Below are positions 37,201-51,143 of a stretch of 64,000 bases of DNA, one piece after another. A program made the translations under genes and the position numbers. Below the pieces are notes generated by a model. It had not been told where the DNA came from and did not search any database. It saw only the letters and a program-made list of their open reading frames with translations. Positions within the stretch are counted from its first letter, which is position 1. Each line of letters opens with the position of its first letter. This DNA comes from Podarcis erhardii (lineage: Eukaryota). The stretch is from NCBI GenBank assembly GCA_964252035.1, contig OZ176205.1. The stretch is one strand, 5' to 3'.

Positions 37201-39857
37201 GCACATGATTGCAGAGAGATGAATTCATCTATTAACAAGTCAGGCTATCTGGAACATTTCAAGTGAATGTAAATTTTGGAATCTCACATTTTTGTGACCT
37301 TATAAAACCCAGCAAACAAAAGTTTACAAAAGTCTGAAGTAATACAAACTGAATCGACAAGATTCAAAAGGGCAATACCACTATATAATTTCATGACAAA
37401 ATGCCTCTGTGTGCCCTGAACATGAACTCCGATCATCAGAATATTTGCAGGCTCAACATTCTCCAGCCTATAAAACTGTGGTACCCAATGCCCAAGTCTA
37501 GTTTTCTCCTCACAAATACACCACACTTCCTAAGTTCATGAAGCAAAATAATGGCACAGTTAGCTTAAACAATTTAATGGCTAACCATAGGAGCCTCCCA
37601 CTGTACATTCTTACATTATATTATGCTAACTGCTGAACAACCCAGCATTGTCTAAAAACTGCCGTGCTAAACTGAATGGCTAGTACTAGAAGAGAGAACT
37701 TTTGCATGAGCAGTTTGATGAATTTTCTATGAATTCCCTAAGCATTTTTGAAGCATTTGTACTTTTACTTTATCTACTATTGCTTTGTGGGGACCCACAA
37801 GAGCTATAGAAAATATTATGACACTCAATCACTAGTTTGCTTCCCCCCGCCCTAGAAAAACTAGCTATTAACGCACACAACCTAAAGAAAAAGCCAATAG
37901 AGGACTCATAAAAAAGCAAAACTTCCTGAGGCTCTACAACAGCTCAATGCAACTTCTCATTAAAGCAAAGCTGCAGTACAAGCTTGCAGTCACATGCCTT
38001 TACATGGAATACCCTGCTTACACAAAGGATAAACTACGTAGTTATTTCTGTTGAGGGGACATAAGGTACCAAGCAGTACCTTTTATACAAATTCCCTTGT
38101 GATGCTTGGAATTACAGCAGTGTGGTTCATGCAGTACTGTCCCACAGTTTCACTAATACTTAAATAGCTTCACTAATGTTTAAAAGTCTTTTTGGAGTAA
38201 AAGGGGACACAGCTGTGTCATTTATTGCCACGTTCTTTTTTCTTGGTCTAGCCTTTGCTTCCAGCTTTCTTCAACAGTTATCTCAGTTGCAAAATATATC
38301 TTTATTGTAGTCTGTGCATTATAAGTGAAGTCTTGCGAGAAAGATTTCTCTCCAGACAATTGGCTAATTATTTGCTTGCTTCTAAAACCATCTCCCATTT
38401 TAAAAGCAACGGATCCGTATTCTCCTGCGCAGAGACAAAGAGGTAACTAGTGTTTTAGCATTCTTTCTTAGTCCACGAGATCACTGAAGCGCTTATGAGC
38501 TAAAATTAGTAGGTTTTACACACAGCCTGAAAGCCAGCACAGAATGTCTCCATTGAGAGATGACAGCCCATTAGAGGAACTGTGAAGGGCCTGGCTTCAG
38601 GCCCAAGGGAGTCTTTCAGGGACAAGGTTGGGGAAGAGAGAGATCATCCCAAGTGGGCTTTTGTCTCAGGCAGCCACAGGCCAGCTGGCTTTGTCTTGGG
38701 CAAAACAGGAAGGACTACAGACCACTCACCAGAACGTGTTCTATTGAAAATACAACAATTCCTTCCCTGGGCAATTTCTGGAGTTGAATGTGGCACTTCC
38801 AAAAGCAGGCCAGGCCCTAAAGGTTACCTGAATCTATAGGCACAAAGACCATGTCCCTGCTCTATAGGAATCTGCTCAGTGTTAGCTGTGAAACACTTAA
38901 CAGTGTGTGGGGTGCCATACAAATATGGCATGGCCACAGAACAAGAGAAGGTGACAAGAGATGAAACAGACGTTGTTTGGATAATCAGTCATATGGAGTA
39001 TTACAGTAAGCACGGGGGCAGGTTTGATTATCACTCCCTGTCCTGTTTTCCATGTCTCCCTCTCTGCTATTACTTGTGAGAAGAAGGAAGGGCTTTGTCA
39101 CCTTTGGTAAAGCATAACAGCCTTGCCTCAAAATTTGCTGACTTCACCTTGCTAGCAATTCCAGTGTGCAGGCCAGCCATTCATTCTGCTCAGATAAGCA
39201 GCAAATGTTTGTCACTAGCAAAAATGTAAGGCACAGAATAATTGCATTTCACAGTGCCAATGGGCTCCTCGGTTACCTAAGGATACAGTCTAGAAGAGCT
39301 CCTTTGGGGAAGGGGGAAGGAGAAGCAGCAGCTATGCTTTGTATTGCATTTTGAAACAAATTCCATCAAGCTTGTTTGACTCTAAGGGAGTCCATCCTTC
39401 ACACACACACACATACACACACACCCCACCAGAAATCAAGTTACTCTTGTGCAGAGACTACTATGTACGTAGAAGAAAGGGGAATCGGTACTTAGCAATA
39501 AGACACACTATCTCACCACATCCAACAAATCAATGTACTTAAAAAGGATCCTTCTTTGGTATGTTTTCTATTTTTGAAATAGAATTAAATTCCAAGTATA
39601 CAAGACATGGCCAAGAGCTACACATAAGCATCATTCCATGTACTCAGGCTGAAAGCCAGTCGCCTAAAATATGCACGTCCCACTGAAAGAAACAGCTTGG
39701 GAACAGCGGTGCCTTGACTATATAAATCCTGGGTAGACTAAGGTTTGCCACTACATTAAACCTAAGCTAAAACTATTATGTATTATTACAACTTATAATG
39801 CACACCAAGGTCATTAGTAGAGAAACACCCATTTGAAGGTCTAATAACGTCAACTAG

Positions 39858-40050
39858 ACAGCCAGTGTGGTTCAAGTGTCAGACTAAGACCTGGAAGACC
39901 AAGATTCAAATCCTCATTCATCCCCAAAGCTCAATGGGTGACTTTGGGCCAGGCTCCATCTCTCAGCCCAACCTATTTCAGAGGGCTGTTAGGAGAAAAT
40001 ACTGGAGAAAGTGCAGGAATTTGTATGCCATGAATTCTTTGGAGGAAAAT
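39858..40050 (+). mobile_element. tRNA-derived CORE/Squam3-like SINE
   Basis: AGCCAGTGTGG...AGACTAAGACCTGGAAGACCAAGATTCAAATCC (B-box-like)...GGGTGACTTTGGGCCAG...CTCTCAGCCCAACCTA...GGGCTGTT. Confidence 0.7.
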
Positions 40051-40069
40051 GTAGTAGAAAAACAGACTA

Positions 40070-40315
40070 CAGTGGTATCTTGGTTTATGAACTTAATCCA
40101 TTCCGAAAGTCCCTTCTTAAACCAAAGCATTCTTAAACCAAGGCGTGCTTTCCCATAGCAGCAGGGGACTCAACTTACAAATGGAACACACTCAACAGGA
40201 AGCAGGACATATTCTTATTCCAAGGCAAAGTTCACAAACCAAAACACCTCGTTTTGCAGCGTTCTTAATCCAAGTTGTTCATAAACTAAGCTGTTCTTAA
40301 ACCAAGGTACCACTG
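40070..40315. mobile_element. Tigger/pogo-like MITE, 246 bp
   Basis: TA|CAGTGGTATCTTGGTTT ... AAACCAAGGTACCACTG|TA. Confidence 0.9.
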
Positions 40316-40908
40316 TAATGATATTTAAAAGTCTCTTTTTCTTTGAGGAATCTTGACATATTTATTTCAAGGCTTTCCCTGGGTTTGCTATTTTGGTTGT
40401 TTATAAAGTGTGAGAGAAAGGCAGCTCAGATTCCTGCCAATTTTGAAAAGGGTTATTCAGGTGCTCGAAGTCATAGAAAGTCAGGTAGAAGAGACGATCT
40501 ATGAAAACATTTTGCCTACATTTTACCTGCTTTATGTAGCTCTCAAAATTTGGTGGGAAATATTTTGAACCTTTTTACAAAGTGTAGTAGCTGTAGGATA
40601 AACACTCTATGAAACTTGTGAAGGCTACAAGGCCTAGTGTCCCCTCTTTCTTACATGCAATGAAAAGCACATTTATATTAAAATTAAGTGTTTGGGGGTT
40701 TGAAAAGTGATTTTAGGCAGCAAAACAATAGGGCAAATAAGCTTGCAAAAAAGATAACGAAAAGGAAAAAATTCAGTTTCTACCAGTGTTTTCCTCAGCA
40801 GTTCAGAGAACATAGCATAGTCCTTTCGAATTAACAATTAAAACTCTTTTACACAGCACAGCCTTACTGTGCACTGAAGTCTCATGTGACAATCCAAACT
40901 GTCTAAAG

Positions 40909-41034
40909 CAGGGATGGGGGGGGCTGTGGGGCTCCAGTTATTACTGGACTCCTGCCACCTCCTGCCAGGATGGTCAGGGATGATGGGAGCTATAGTCCAA
41001 CAACACGTGGAAATTCACAGGTTCTCCATACCTG
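40909..41034. mobile_element. hAT-type MITE, 126 bp
   Basis: CAGGGATGGGG ... TTCTCCATACCTG; TSD GTCTAAAG / GTCTAACG. Confidence 0.8.
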
Positions 41035-41499
41035 GTCTAACGGATGGCAGGCCTAGTGCTTTGAAGGCCAAACTAGAAGCTATGGCACCAGTTCAATGTG
41101 TCTAAAACATGGAACCATCCCAGCAATATAGACAAAGTGGGCCTGGTGTTCCAATTTTAACAGCAAAAGGTGTGAGACTAGCTGATGAGTGTAGACTCCT
41201 CCTTGCTAGCAACCAACCTCACCAACGTCACCCCAGCACCCCAAACACCGAAAAGCAATGTTTCCTTAGCTGAACTCATGTACTGAAGCTACCTTAGCTG
41301 GGTGAAAACATTTGGGGAGGGATGAGATGAATTGTGGGGAGGTAAGCAGGCGTGCAGGAAGGATTGGGGTGTAAAACCAGAAGTCCCGTATTTGTCTATG
41401 CGACCAGGAAGGTTCACATTTGAAAACACTGGCCTGCTGCCATTATGTCCAGTTTTGCCCTAAGTGTCAAAGTAGCTTGGCATTTGCCATAAAATGCAC

Positions 41500-41533
<34 letters not shown>
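41500..41533. repeat. (TAA)n microsatellite
   Basis: About 11 units. Confidence 0.95.
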
Positions 41534-44113
41534 TTGTTATTTCTACCCCCCAGCCATTAACAAGACTCACGTGACTATTTAATTGTTGAGCTGTTTAAAG
41601 ACATCATTTTACTGCATATTTTAATCATGGACGTCTATATTTTAATGTTTCAATGGGATTGTTTTGTTGTGCATTGTAATAATTGATTTTTATGTTTTAT
41701 TCATCACTCAGATGCCATCTTGGCATTAAGCAGTATTCTTTAATTAATTAATTAATTAATTAATATTTTCATGCCAACGCTAATTTGGTAAAATATTTCA
41801 GGCATTCCTATCGAGGTAGAAATGTCCGGATTTCACTCTACCACCACATCTCATGAGCTAATGAAGACTTCTAAGGCTCCAATTCACAGATAACCCTTCA
41901 AGCGGGATTCTAAACGTTTCACTGCCAGTGTGAAGTTATTCAATCCATTTGCTTAAAAGATCTGCAGGTGTTATTTTCCTTTCACTATCATTTTCTGGCC
42001 ATTTTACCAAGTTCAGAATAACAGAAATAAATTTAGATTATGGGGTAAGTGTTATTACTGTCTTACAGGGCAACATCTCCCTGCAAATTCTATTCCAAAA
42101 TAAAAGTATAGTGCATCAGCTTTCTCCTTTAAGACACATGCGAGTGACAAAGGGAAGAAGAACCCCACATGTATTTTAAAGAGGGAAATGGCAACTATTC
42201 ACTCTTCCCACGCATCATTGCAAGATTAAAGCCTAAATGGATTGCCGGCTCCTCCTCTGCTATTCAGTTATTCTGGGCCCAAAGAGGAGGATGCATCCGT
42301 TCTCTGCCTCTTTTAATATGTACGTTCACCCCTGCAGTCAGACAGCTCTCTTTCTTTACAATCATCTGCCCTTCTAGAGTAGAATCATCATGTTTTCCCT
42401 TCTATCAGATGTTGCACTTCTTTAAGCCTCCCCTAGTTTCCAAAGTGTTTGCTCCTTTAATATGCTGTGGTTCTGCTTTAGCACGATTCAAAGACTAAGT
42501 TCGCAATGATGGAGATAGATAGAGAGATATCACAAGGTTAGTTTGCAAACTGTTTACATAAAGGACTATACATATACACTTTACTAGACAAGTGTAGCTA
42601 TGCTTTACATTTACATTTTAGCTCCATTTGCTTCCTTTCCTGGTGAAGGTAGAAAATCCCAAGCAGCAGAGGAAAAAACACATTTAAAGCCCACCATAGC
42701 GGAGAGAAAAGTACTGAAGTCCACCCTACTACACCACTACAGGAATATTCATCATGAACCACAGGTGTCATGCAACAATGGGAAAAAATAAGAATGAACA
42801 GAGACAGGTCACTGCCCATTCTGGCAGAAAGTTTCTCCCACCTTAGGGAGAGGAGAGAGTGCAGAGATAGACATGACAGCCCAATTAACACTGCCTGCAA
42901 TGTATGCAATGGTGCACAGATGAGGATAAAAGGTAATTCTCACCTTATTACTTCTGAGGAGCAAAGTACTTCTTTAAGAAGATAGAATACAATAGAATTT
43001 GTTTTGTATTTTATCTCTTGACAAGGGGTGGGATTAGACATTACAAAAGACACGTGACTGTTATGAAACAGAGCAAAATCATCTAGCCCCAGCCTCTATT
43101 GACGTTGCAAATTGATAAGATACAGTTTTATGTTGTGTGCTTTGGAGTTGCTCTGAAGTTCAAACTTGCTGGGCTCACATTTCACAAACAGCAATTGATT
43201 TGAGATCTGGTGTCCTAATGTTGCTAAGTATGTATATGCCTAAGAAAGAATGCAAAAGCAGTCATGATAGTACTTTATTTATATTTTGGGGTGGGGAGGG
43301 GTGTAGATCTACAATTCCTATCATTGAAAAAGGTTTTTTAGGGCGTTGGAAATAGCCCAAATGGACAAACAGATGAAATGGTCCAATTACACAAACAATT
43401 TCTCCTCTCCCCCCCCCCCAAAGCAACTTTTGGTTAGGTATTTGAATTATTATTTTGATTTGGAATACTTAGACATTTATGCATTTGAACATTTGTGGAT
43501 GAGAGGGGTTCAAAGCAATTTGTTTAGCACTCTGTCCACAAATTTCCATAGCCTCTCTCTCTCTCCATATATGACTGCACTCTGAATGTCCATTTCCTTG
43601 GTCCATTTCAAGGGGTGCCATTTATAGAGGCAGGGGGGAAAGCGCAGAGGTGTCACTTCATCATTTTGCTTAAAAGACATTGCAGGGGCCACATATGGAG
43701 GGCAAGTGTATTTTGTGTATCTCTAGTTTCACCCTAGATGTGCATGCTGAGTAAATGCATTTGCTGTGCAAGATACTGTCAGTTCATAAAATTAACACTT
43801 AACAGAGGGATTAGCAATATGCCACAATAATATAGCTATACAAGTAAAGGCTAAAAGCCACTTCTTGGTAAAGTTTACCGTTATTACTATTGTTATTATT
43901 TCACTCAGAATTTGCCAGGAACAGGACCTAGCTAAAAGGCTATTCTGACTTCACCCCGTGATAGCTGCTAGAGAAAGGTACCGTATTTTTCGCTCTATAA
44001 CACGCACCTGACCATAACACGCACATCGTTTTAGAGGAGGAAAACAAGGGAAAAAACATTCTGAATGAAACAGTGGATGTATCATTTTTGGGCTTCATGC
44101 TGTGGCCACAGAC

Positions 44114-44812
44114 ATGTGATCTGATGGTGAATTTGGGGTGACCCAATGCAAAGATCCTGAGAATCCCTGTGGATCCATGTTTTGTAACCACGTTTTTGCA
44201 CCATTGCAGCCCCAGGCAACAGTGGGTGCGTGATTTTTTTGGTGCAGGCTGTAGCCACGGACATGCTATGTGATCTGATGGTGAATTTGGGGTGACCCAA
44301 TGCAAAGATCCTGAGAATCCCTGTGGATCCATGCTTTGTAACCACGTTTTTGCACCACTGCAGCCCCAGGCAACAGTGGGTGCGTGATTTTTTTGGTGCA
44401 AGCTGTAGCCATGGACATGCTATGTGATCTGATGGTGAATTTGGGGTGACCCAATGCAAAGATCCTGAGAATCCCTGTGGATCCATGCTTTGTAACCACG
44501 TTTTTGCACCATTGCAGCCCCAGGCAACAGTGGGTGCGTGATTTTTTTGGTGCAGGCTGTAGCCATGGACATGCTATGTGATCTGATGGTGAATTTGGGG
44601 TGACCCAATGCAAAGATCCTGAGAATCCCTGTGGATCCATGCTTTGTAACCACATTTTTTGCACCATTGCAGCCCCAGGCAACAGTGGGTGCGTGATTTT
44701 TTTGGTGCAGGCTGTAGCCATGGACATGCTATGTGATCTGATGGTGAATTTGGGGTGACCCAATGCAAAGATCCTGAGGATCCATGTGGATCTATGCTTT
44801 GTAACCACATTT
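44114..44812. repeat. 154-bp tandem repeat, about 4.5 copies, inside the Tc2-like element
   Basis: Unit starts ATGTGATCTGATGGTGAATTTGGGG at 44114, 44268, 44422, 44576 and 44731; copies are near-identical. Confidence 0.97.
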
Positions 44813-44949
44813 TAAGTGGGGAGCGAAGGAAAAACAAAGAAGGGACATGAGAAGGGTGTGCAGAGAAGCAGCTGGCTAAGAATGCAGGAGAGGGATTTAA
44901 CGGGAGGGAGGAAAGAAAGGCAAAAGTTTCCCCCGACCCAAGCCAGCCA

Positions 44950-44952
<3 letters not shown>

Positions 44953-44985
<33 letters not shown>

Positions 44986-45083
44986 CCTCCCTCCCTCCCT
45001 CCCCCTCTCTCTCTCCCTCCCCCCCTCTCTCCCTCCCCCTCGGCCCTCTCTCTCTCCCTTCCCCCCTCTCTCTCCCTCTCCCC
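44953..45083. repeat. Polypyrimidine tract (CT)n/(CCCT)n
   Basis: About 130 nt almost entirely C/T on the + strand. Confidence 0.95.
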
Positions 45084-47074
45084 CAGCAGCACAGAGAGGA
45101 ATTCCCCTCTGCTTGCCTGGAGGGGAGGGGCTTTCCCTGCTCTTTGTTCCATTTCAGCAAACACAGCAACGAAACAGAGGAGGGTGGGCAGTAAGACCCT
45201 GAGGCAGAATGCAGGAAAGCAGCCACTTCCTCTTTTCAGGTTTCGCTTCTCCGTGCAGCGCAGCAATTTGATTTTTTTGCCTGATTTTTGCCTGATTTTT
45301 CGGCTCCAGGGACCACACATTCGCTCTATAACACGCACAGACATTTCCCCTTCCTTTTTAGGAGAAAAAATCTGCGTGTTATAGAGGGAAAAATACGGTA
45401 TTTACCAATGACAGATTTCTTACCTGCAACTAGTGATCTTCAAGTAGTCACCAGCACACAGTTCTGAGTGTGCAAAAGCCCAGATCCCATTGGCGTCACT
45501 GTACAGAGACTATGGAGGAGGACTTTCCAATTCTCCAACTCTGTTTAAAACCTGTACGCATTTGGCTGCATAAAAGTTCCATCTTTCTAGTTTGTCTTGC
45601 AGATGTACAACCAGTATCTTACTCAGATGAGAAACAATGCAGTTCTCATTAATTCTACTCAAAACTAGTCCTACTGAATTCAATGCAAGTGATTCCCAGG
45701 CAAAAATGAATTAAGTGTATTTTTAAAAAACAAATAAATAGATAAATAAGGCAGCTAGAACCTGTACAGAAAGGCTCTTCCTGATCAGATGGGTCTGCAA
45801 GGAATGTCTGACAAACAGCTCTGCCAGTGATAATGGTAAATGCCAGGATTTTCATTTGTTAATTAATTCTTGCAGCTCATGCTGAGCTGTGGCTGGCAGA
45901 GTTATTGTTTGGGGAAACATGCACAATTAAAAAGAACAGGTTGGTAGATTTTCATAAACTCTTTGTTGGCAATGAAATCAATTTTGCACCATTTATTTCA
46001 TTTTGTGTTTCAAGTGTTTAGATCGAGTAGGTTCAGGGATCAAAAAGCCATGCATGGCAGATTTGAGTGCTTTATTGGGTAGCTGTTGTTTCCAGCTTCC
46101 TGGGGGAAAGTATGAAGCATAATGAATCTGCTTCTTTCTACTCAAATAGCAAAAAAGTGGGGGGGGGGGTTAGTGACAGAATAGCTGCATTCACACTTTA
46201 TGGTAAGCCACAGTTAATGGTTTACTATAAATGTGCAGCTGGTTCCCAATGCACTCCTCCCTAGCTTGAACATGAGCAACAAACCATGATCCCTGGGTTT
46301 AGCATCATGTCTGAACTGAATATTGTTGTTTGTACTGAAGTGATCTTTTTCTTAACTATTAACTATGCCAAAAATGAAGTAATTTATTAAAGAAAAACTT
46401 ATGAAAAAAGCTAAATTTTGCCTTTTGATCCTGCAGTAGTAGCTCCACTCTCTCCTGTTGTAGGCCTCATCCTTTCCCTAAAAATGTGCTTTAGTGTTTT
46501 AGAACCAAAGGAAACTATATGCTAAAAATTAATTTAAAAACCATCTATATGAAAATCACACACAAACACACACATACACACACATATCACATGGGACCTC
46601 AGTAGCAACTATCCCTAGAGTGAAACTTGTCCAGTGTCACTTAGATTTCAGCAAGAATATAACTCAGGACTTGCTATTTAATAAAACATACACACACACA
46701 CGGCAGAAAATGTGAGGAATCAACACTCTTAATGGCCATGAGACTACACCATGTTCCATTCATAGGGAAAGCTAACAGAAGAGAAAAGGCAACTACTGAA
46801 ACTCTTCGTTCCAAAGGCATCTGCTACTCATTCCCCAACAAACAGCAAATTGCAGGCTGTTGAAACTATAATGAAATTATCAATGAATCACCCCCATTTC
46901 AAAGCGACTTGTGATTTTTAGCAAAAACAATGCAAACGTGGCAAAGCTAAGAGACCACAGCATTATCTGGCCTTCCAACATTCCAGGTGGCCTTGGTGGT
47001 TACCAACTATGACTGGTTTGCCAGCTACAGCCTCTTTTGGAAAGAGATGACTTAGCCATGGTACTTCCAGATTA

Positions 47075-48075
47075 CATTATTGCAATGTGCTCTATGTGGG
47101 GCTGCCCTTGAAGACAACTCAGAAACTTCAACTGGTACAAAATGCAGCAGCCACATTACTGGCTGAAGTTTCCTATGGAACTCATATACACCATATACAA
47201 AACAGCTGCTTTGGCTGCCAGCTCGTTTCCAAGCAAGTGTGTGAAGCCCTAAATGGCTTCGCCCCAAATATCTGAAAGGCTGCCCTAGACCCTCTCAGAA
47301 GTTAAGATGAGTAGATGGCTTTCTTGGTAGTTACACCTTCCTCAGAAGTTTTGGTGGTGGTGGTGGTGTGGGACAAGGCATTCTTATTTTTATTTTTAAA
47401 TTTTATTTATAAGATTTTACAATATATAAAATAAAAATAAATTTAAATCACAGACAATCATTCTCTTATTTTGACTTCCCTCACCCTCCTTCTGTGGCTC
47501 CTTGTTTATATTTTAATTTACTGCATATCCAAATTATACCAATTTGTTATTTACCCTCTATGTTACTTATATGTTGCTGTTGTTTTTCTTACTGCATGCT
47601 GTTTGCTTTAATCCTGCTAATGTCTTAATTAGTTTTACAATTTTACAATAACTTTGTAAATATACTATAAATGAGTTCCATTCTTTCTTAAAAACTTGAT
47701 CATCTTGATTTCTTATTTTTCCAGTAAGTTTTGTCCTTTTCTGCATAGTCCATTAATTTCTTGAACTATTCTTCTTTTGTTGGGACATTTTCTTCTTTCG
47801 ATCTTTGGGCATATAATATTCTAGCAGCAGTGGTCACAATACACAAATACATTCTCTTAGGGGCATTCTCTGGGGCAGCCCCTAAGTTGTGGAATTAACT
47901 CCCCACAGAGGTGTTTCCAGCTTCTTTACTACACAACTTTTTGAGAATGCTGGCCTTTGAGAGGGTCTACCCTATTCCTGAGACTGTAATCTGTTTCATC
48001 TGTTTTTATTTCTGAATTTTAAACTGTTTTAACTCACCTTGGGATCTGCTGGTGAAGGGTGGTAATAAATTTAAT
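47075..48075 (+). mobile_element. Degenerate L2 fragment split by an L1 insertion
   Basis: Frame around 47087 gives LYVGLPLKTTQKLQLVQNAAATLL (L2 ORF2). It resumes after 47861 with GGCATTCTCTGGGGCAGCCCCTAAGTTGTGGAAT and a 3'UTR-like tail. Confidence 0.75.
47385..47861 (-). mobile_element. 5'-truncated L1 LINE 3' end
   Basis: Minus strand reads MYLCIVTTAARILYAQRSKEENVPTKEE*FKKLMDYAEK (L1 ORF2 C-terminal-like, with stops). A-rich tail at the left end; 8-bp TSD GGCATTCT (47377-47384, 47862-47869). Confidence 0.72.
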
Positions 48076-48405
48076 TATCATGATGATTCATTGAGCGGCC
48101 TTCTGAGCCAAGGAAGAACAAAGTTTACCCTGTCCAAGTGTAACTATTGGTTTGCCTGCATTGTGTATCAATATTAGTTACAAAGTACTAGCAGATTTCA
48201 CCAACAGGTGAGCTGCTGCCATGTTCATTTTATCCTGTTACTTTGCTTCATGGAATTCTGGATGTTACTACACAGTTTCTCTATGAAGTTCTCTGCAAGA
48301 TAACAGAACAAGGACAACTAATGAAGGTTGCTGACTTGCAAGGTGATGAACAACAGAAAGAAATGCAACCCAGGAAAAACCTTTTGTGGTATCTAGGGCA
48401 TAGAT

Positions 48406-48657
48406 CAGAGGTCAGCAACCTTTTTCAGCTGTGGGACGGTCTATCATCCCTCAGACCATGTGGTGGGCTGGACTATATTTTTTTTGGGGGGGGGGGAACG
48501 AATTCCTATGCCCCACAAATAACCCAGAGAAAAATTTTAAATAAAAGGGCACATTCTACTCATGTAAAAACACGCTGATTCCCGGACTGTCCATGGGCCG
48601 GATTTAGAAGGCGATTGGGCCGCATCCGGCCCATGGGCCTTAGGTTGCCTACCCCTG
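48406..48657. mobile_element. hAT non-autonomous element, 252 bp
   Basis: CAGAGGTCAGCAACC ... GGTTGCCTACCCCTG; perfect TSD GCATAGAT (48398-48405, 48658-48665). Confidence 0.9.
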
Positions 48658-51143
48658 GCATAGATCATCAGAAACGAGCCAGCACAAACCCCACAGATCT
48701 ATTCCACAGAAATGTGGAAAGTTCACAAACATATTGGTCACTCAGTGGTGACCAAGGAAAGTGAAGAGATTAATTGCCTGGAGGGTCCTCGGAAAACTTT
48801 ATATTTCAGAGATACAGATTAACTGCACAAGATCAAGAAAGTAGTGGCAGCAGAGTCAGTTAACTTGTGTGTGCATGAGGTCATGCTGAACTCACTTCAA
48901 GGCAAAGAATGAGAACACCCCTAACTCAATCAAGAGAAAACAAAGCTGAGCTGAGATCAGTCTATTTTATCAAGCTATTCTGATCTTTTAACTGGAAAAC
49001 CAAATACCATTCAAAAATGTCATCATGTTTTCCAAGCTAACACCCTTGCTTCCCCAATTCTGCTATTACTCCATTTATTGATCTCCCCCCCCCCCCCGCT
49101 ATTTCACCCAAGGCAACTTAAGTGGTCAACAAAATAATTCAACAAAACTCATATCACATCATAAAACAATCCATCAAACACAACACAGAGCAAGAGCATT
49201 TACTTGCATCATCCTTGAGATTCTCTGGAGCCTTTTTCAGCCCTGTATAGAGATATCAAGGATGGAACCTGGGACTTTTGGCCTGAAAAGTATATGCTCT
49301 GCTCCTGAGATTCAAAGGGGATACATGGGACATTTTGCAAGCTAAAGAATCTCCCTTTCCTATGCAAAAATCACTATGCGGGGAAAATTGTGAAGCTAGC
49401 CAATGCCTCTACATAGCTCCATTCTTATTTCAGACATGATATTTTAGCTGATGATATATCAGAATGTTAAAAACCAGATATCACTCAGCCCTAACACAGA
49501 GACTTCAGCGTGGATTAATTTCTCATAGACTGTTTACACTGAAAGCTTGACATGCAGCAAGAGTTGGGGAGGGGGCACCCACTACACATAGGGCTGAAGT
49601 GCCAACCTGACCTCTGAACGATGAAAATTAGCAATAAATGGATACTGTATTGCCAAGTAAGTGTGTAGCTTAAGCTGTTATGGACTGATCAATCTACGGA
49701 CATTGTTTGATTCTCCCTTCAAGGTTATGCATAATAGGTTAACAAATTAACCGGAATAGCTCAAGGTTGAATGGAAAGTCACTTCCACATTTAGCTTTAA
49801 AATGTACCTATGATAAGGCAAAACAAGTACTATCACAAAAGTCAACACCCAGTACACAGTAATTATTAGGATGAGTCACCAAAGAGAACCATGGTAATAT
49901 TTTATCACTGCAAACGAGTCAAATGCATTTAAAGACTCCCTGTATAAAACATCTGCCTTCAGTAAAAACAGCTATTTACTTTGAAATTGTATGTTTCCCC
50001 ATCCAAAAAGCTAGAAAAGGAACAGTTTTAAAGCTAGAAATGATAGAAAATAGCCAGTAAACAAGTACATTAAAATCATTTATGGCTTAAACCCTGGCTA
50101 TTAAATGTAAACCTAAAGAAAGTTTTGATGAACTGCCAAAAAAAAATAAAAATTCAGGGCCAAAGAACAGGTAGAGAGCCGCCCTGGCATCTTTCTTGAA
50201 AGACTTTACAGGTTGCCCACTGTGATAATAGAAAATGAGCCATTATCTAAGCTTGTAGGTGCTAGTGATGCAATATGTCAAGGTACACAAGCACTCTCCA
50301 ACATAGTTAAACTTATGAAGTAGCTAGCACAATTATACAGAATCTGCAAAGGGGGTTCTAAACCTCTGGTATCAGCAACAAACCTTCTAGTTCAGATTAT
50401 AATTAGGTACTGGACACCTTCTATGTTAAGATGGTAACTCATCCTGATCTTGGCAACGAAATCAGCCACATCATCTATATAAATCTCATCTAATACAGTA
50501 ATATTATAGATAATGAATGGCAGTCCTTTAACTATGGGCTCAATCCAGACAGCCTTTTTGTGCCACATTTCAAGGCACAGGTCTAGGCTTTAAACTTTTG
50601 TGTTTGAGCATTTTTTTGTGTTTTTTGTCCCGGTGGGAAAATCCACGTTTACTACTGAACTGGCATAAGCGGCAATTGAGTTTTTGGCAAATTACTGTTT
50701 GCTCCAGTTCAGTGGACCTGGATCTATAAAGCGTGGTGCAAAAGGAAGCCTGGATGTGCCCCAACAGTAAACAGCAACAGTGAATATATCAGGAGCACTG
50801 TTTGCCTCAGTCTTCAGAAATAAAGCTCTCTCGGCGTGTGCTCGCATACTGCCTTGCTCGAAGCACGCTTCTGATCACATAGCTATAAAAACTGAGGGCT
50901 AAAAGGTGTTTGAAGGTCACCAAGCTTGGTTTCAACAATTCAGCACTCTCCATTCTCAGACACCCTTATCAGATTATCCCATATCAATTAGGCCATTGTG
51001 CTATATGCAGAGAGCAACGTGAGCCAGGTACATTATGTCAGAATTGCCCATAGTTGCACACCATAAGTGCATAGCACACCTATGTGGCTTAAGTAAGCTA
51101 TTCTACACATTACAAAAATCAAGGTTCCCTTGATCCTAAAGTA

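Larger units (their letters stand above)
43981..45398. mobile_element. Tc2-like (Tc1-mariner) non-autonomous DNA transposon, 1418 bp
   Basis: TA|CCGTATTTTTCGCTCTATAACACGCA ... TGCGTGTTATAGAGGGAAAAATACGG|TA. TIRs starting CCGTA are typical of Tc2-type elements. Confidence 0.9.

Noticed and set aside
15590-38830. Further LTR-like blocks at about 15590-15930, 36215-36430 and 38580-38830
   Set aside because: Composition differs from the flanks, but I could not define termini, TSDs or family motifs.
44114-44812. CRISPR-like array
   Set aside because: Units are contiguous 154-bp near-identical repeats with no unique spacers, in eukaryotic intronic DNA, inside a TIR element.
43940-45344. Long ORFs (134-256 aa) as protein genes
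   Set aside because: They are translations of the 154-bp repeat and the GA microsatellite; no domain motifs or splice context.
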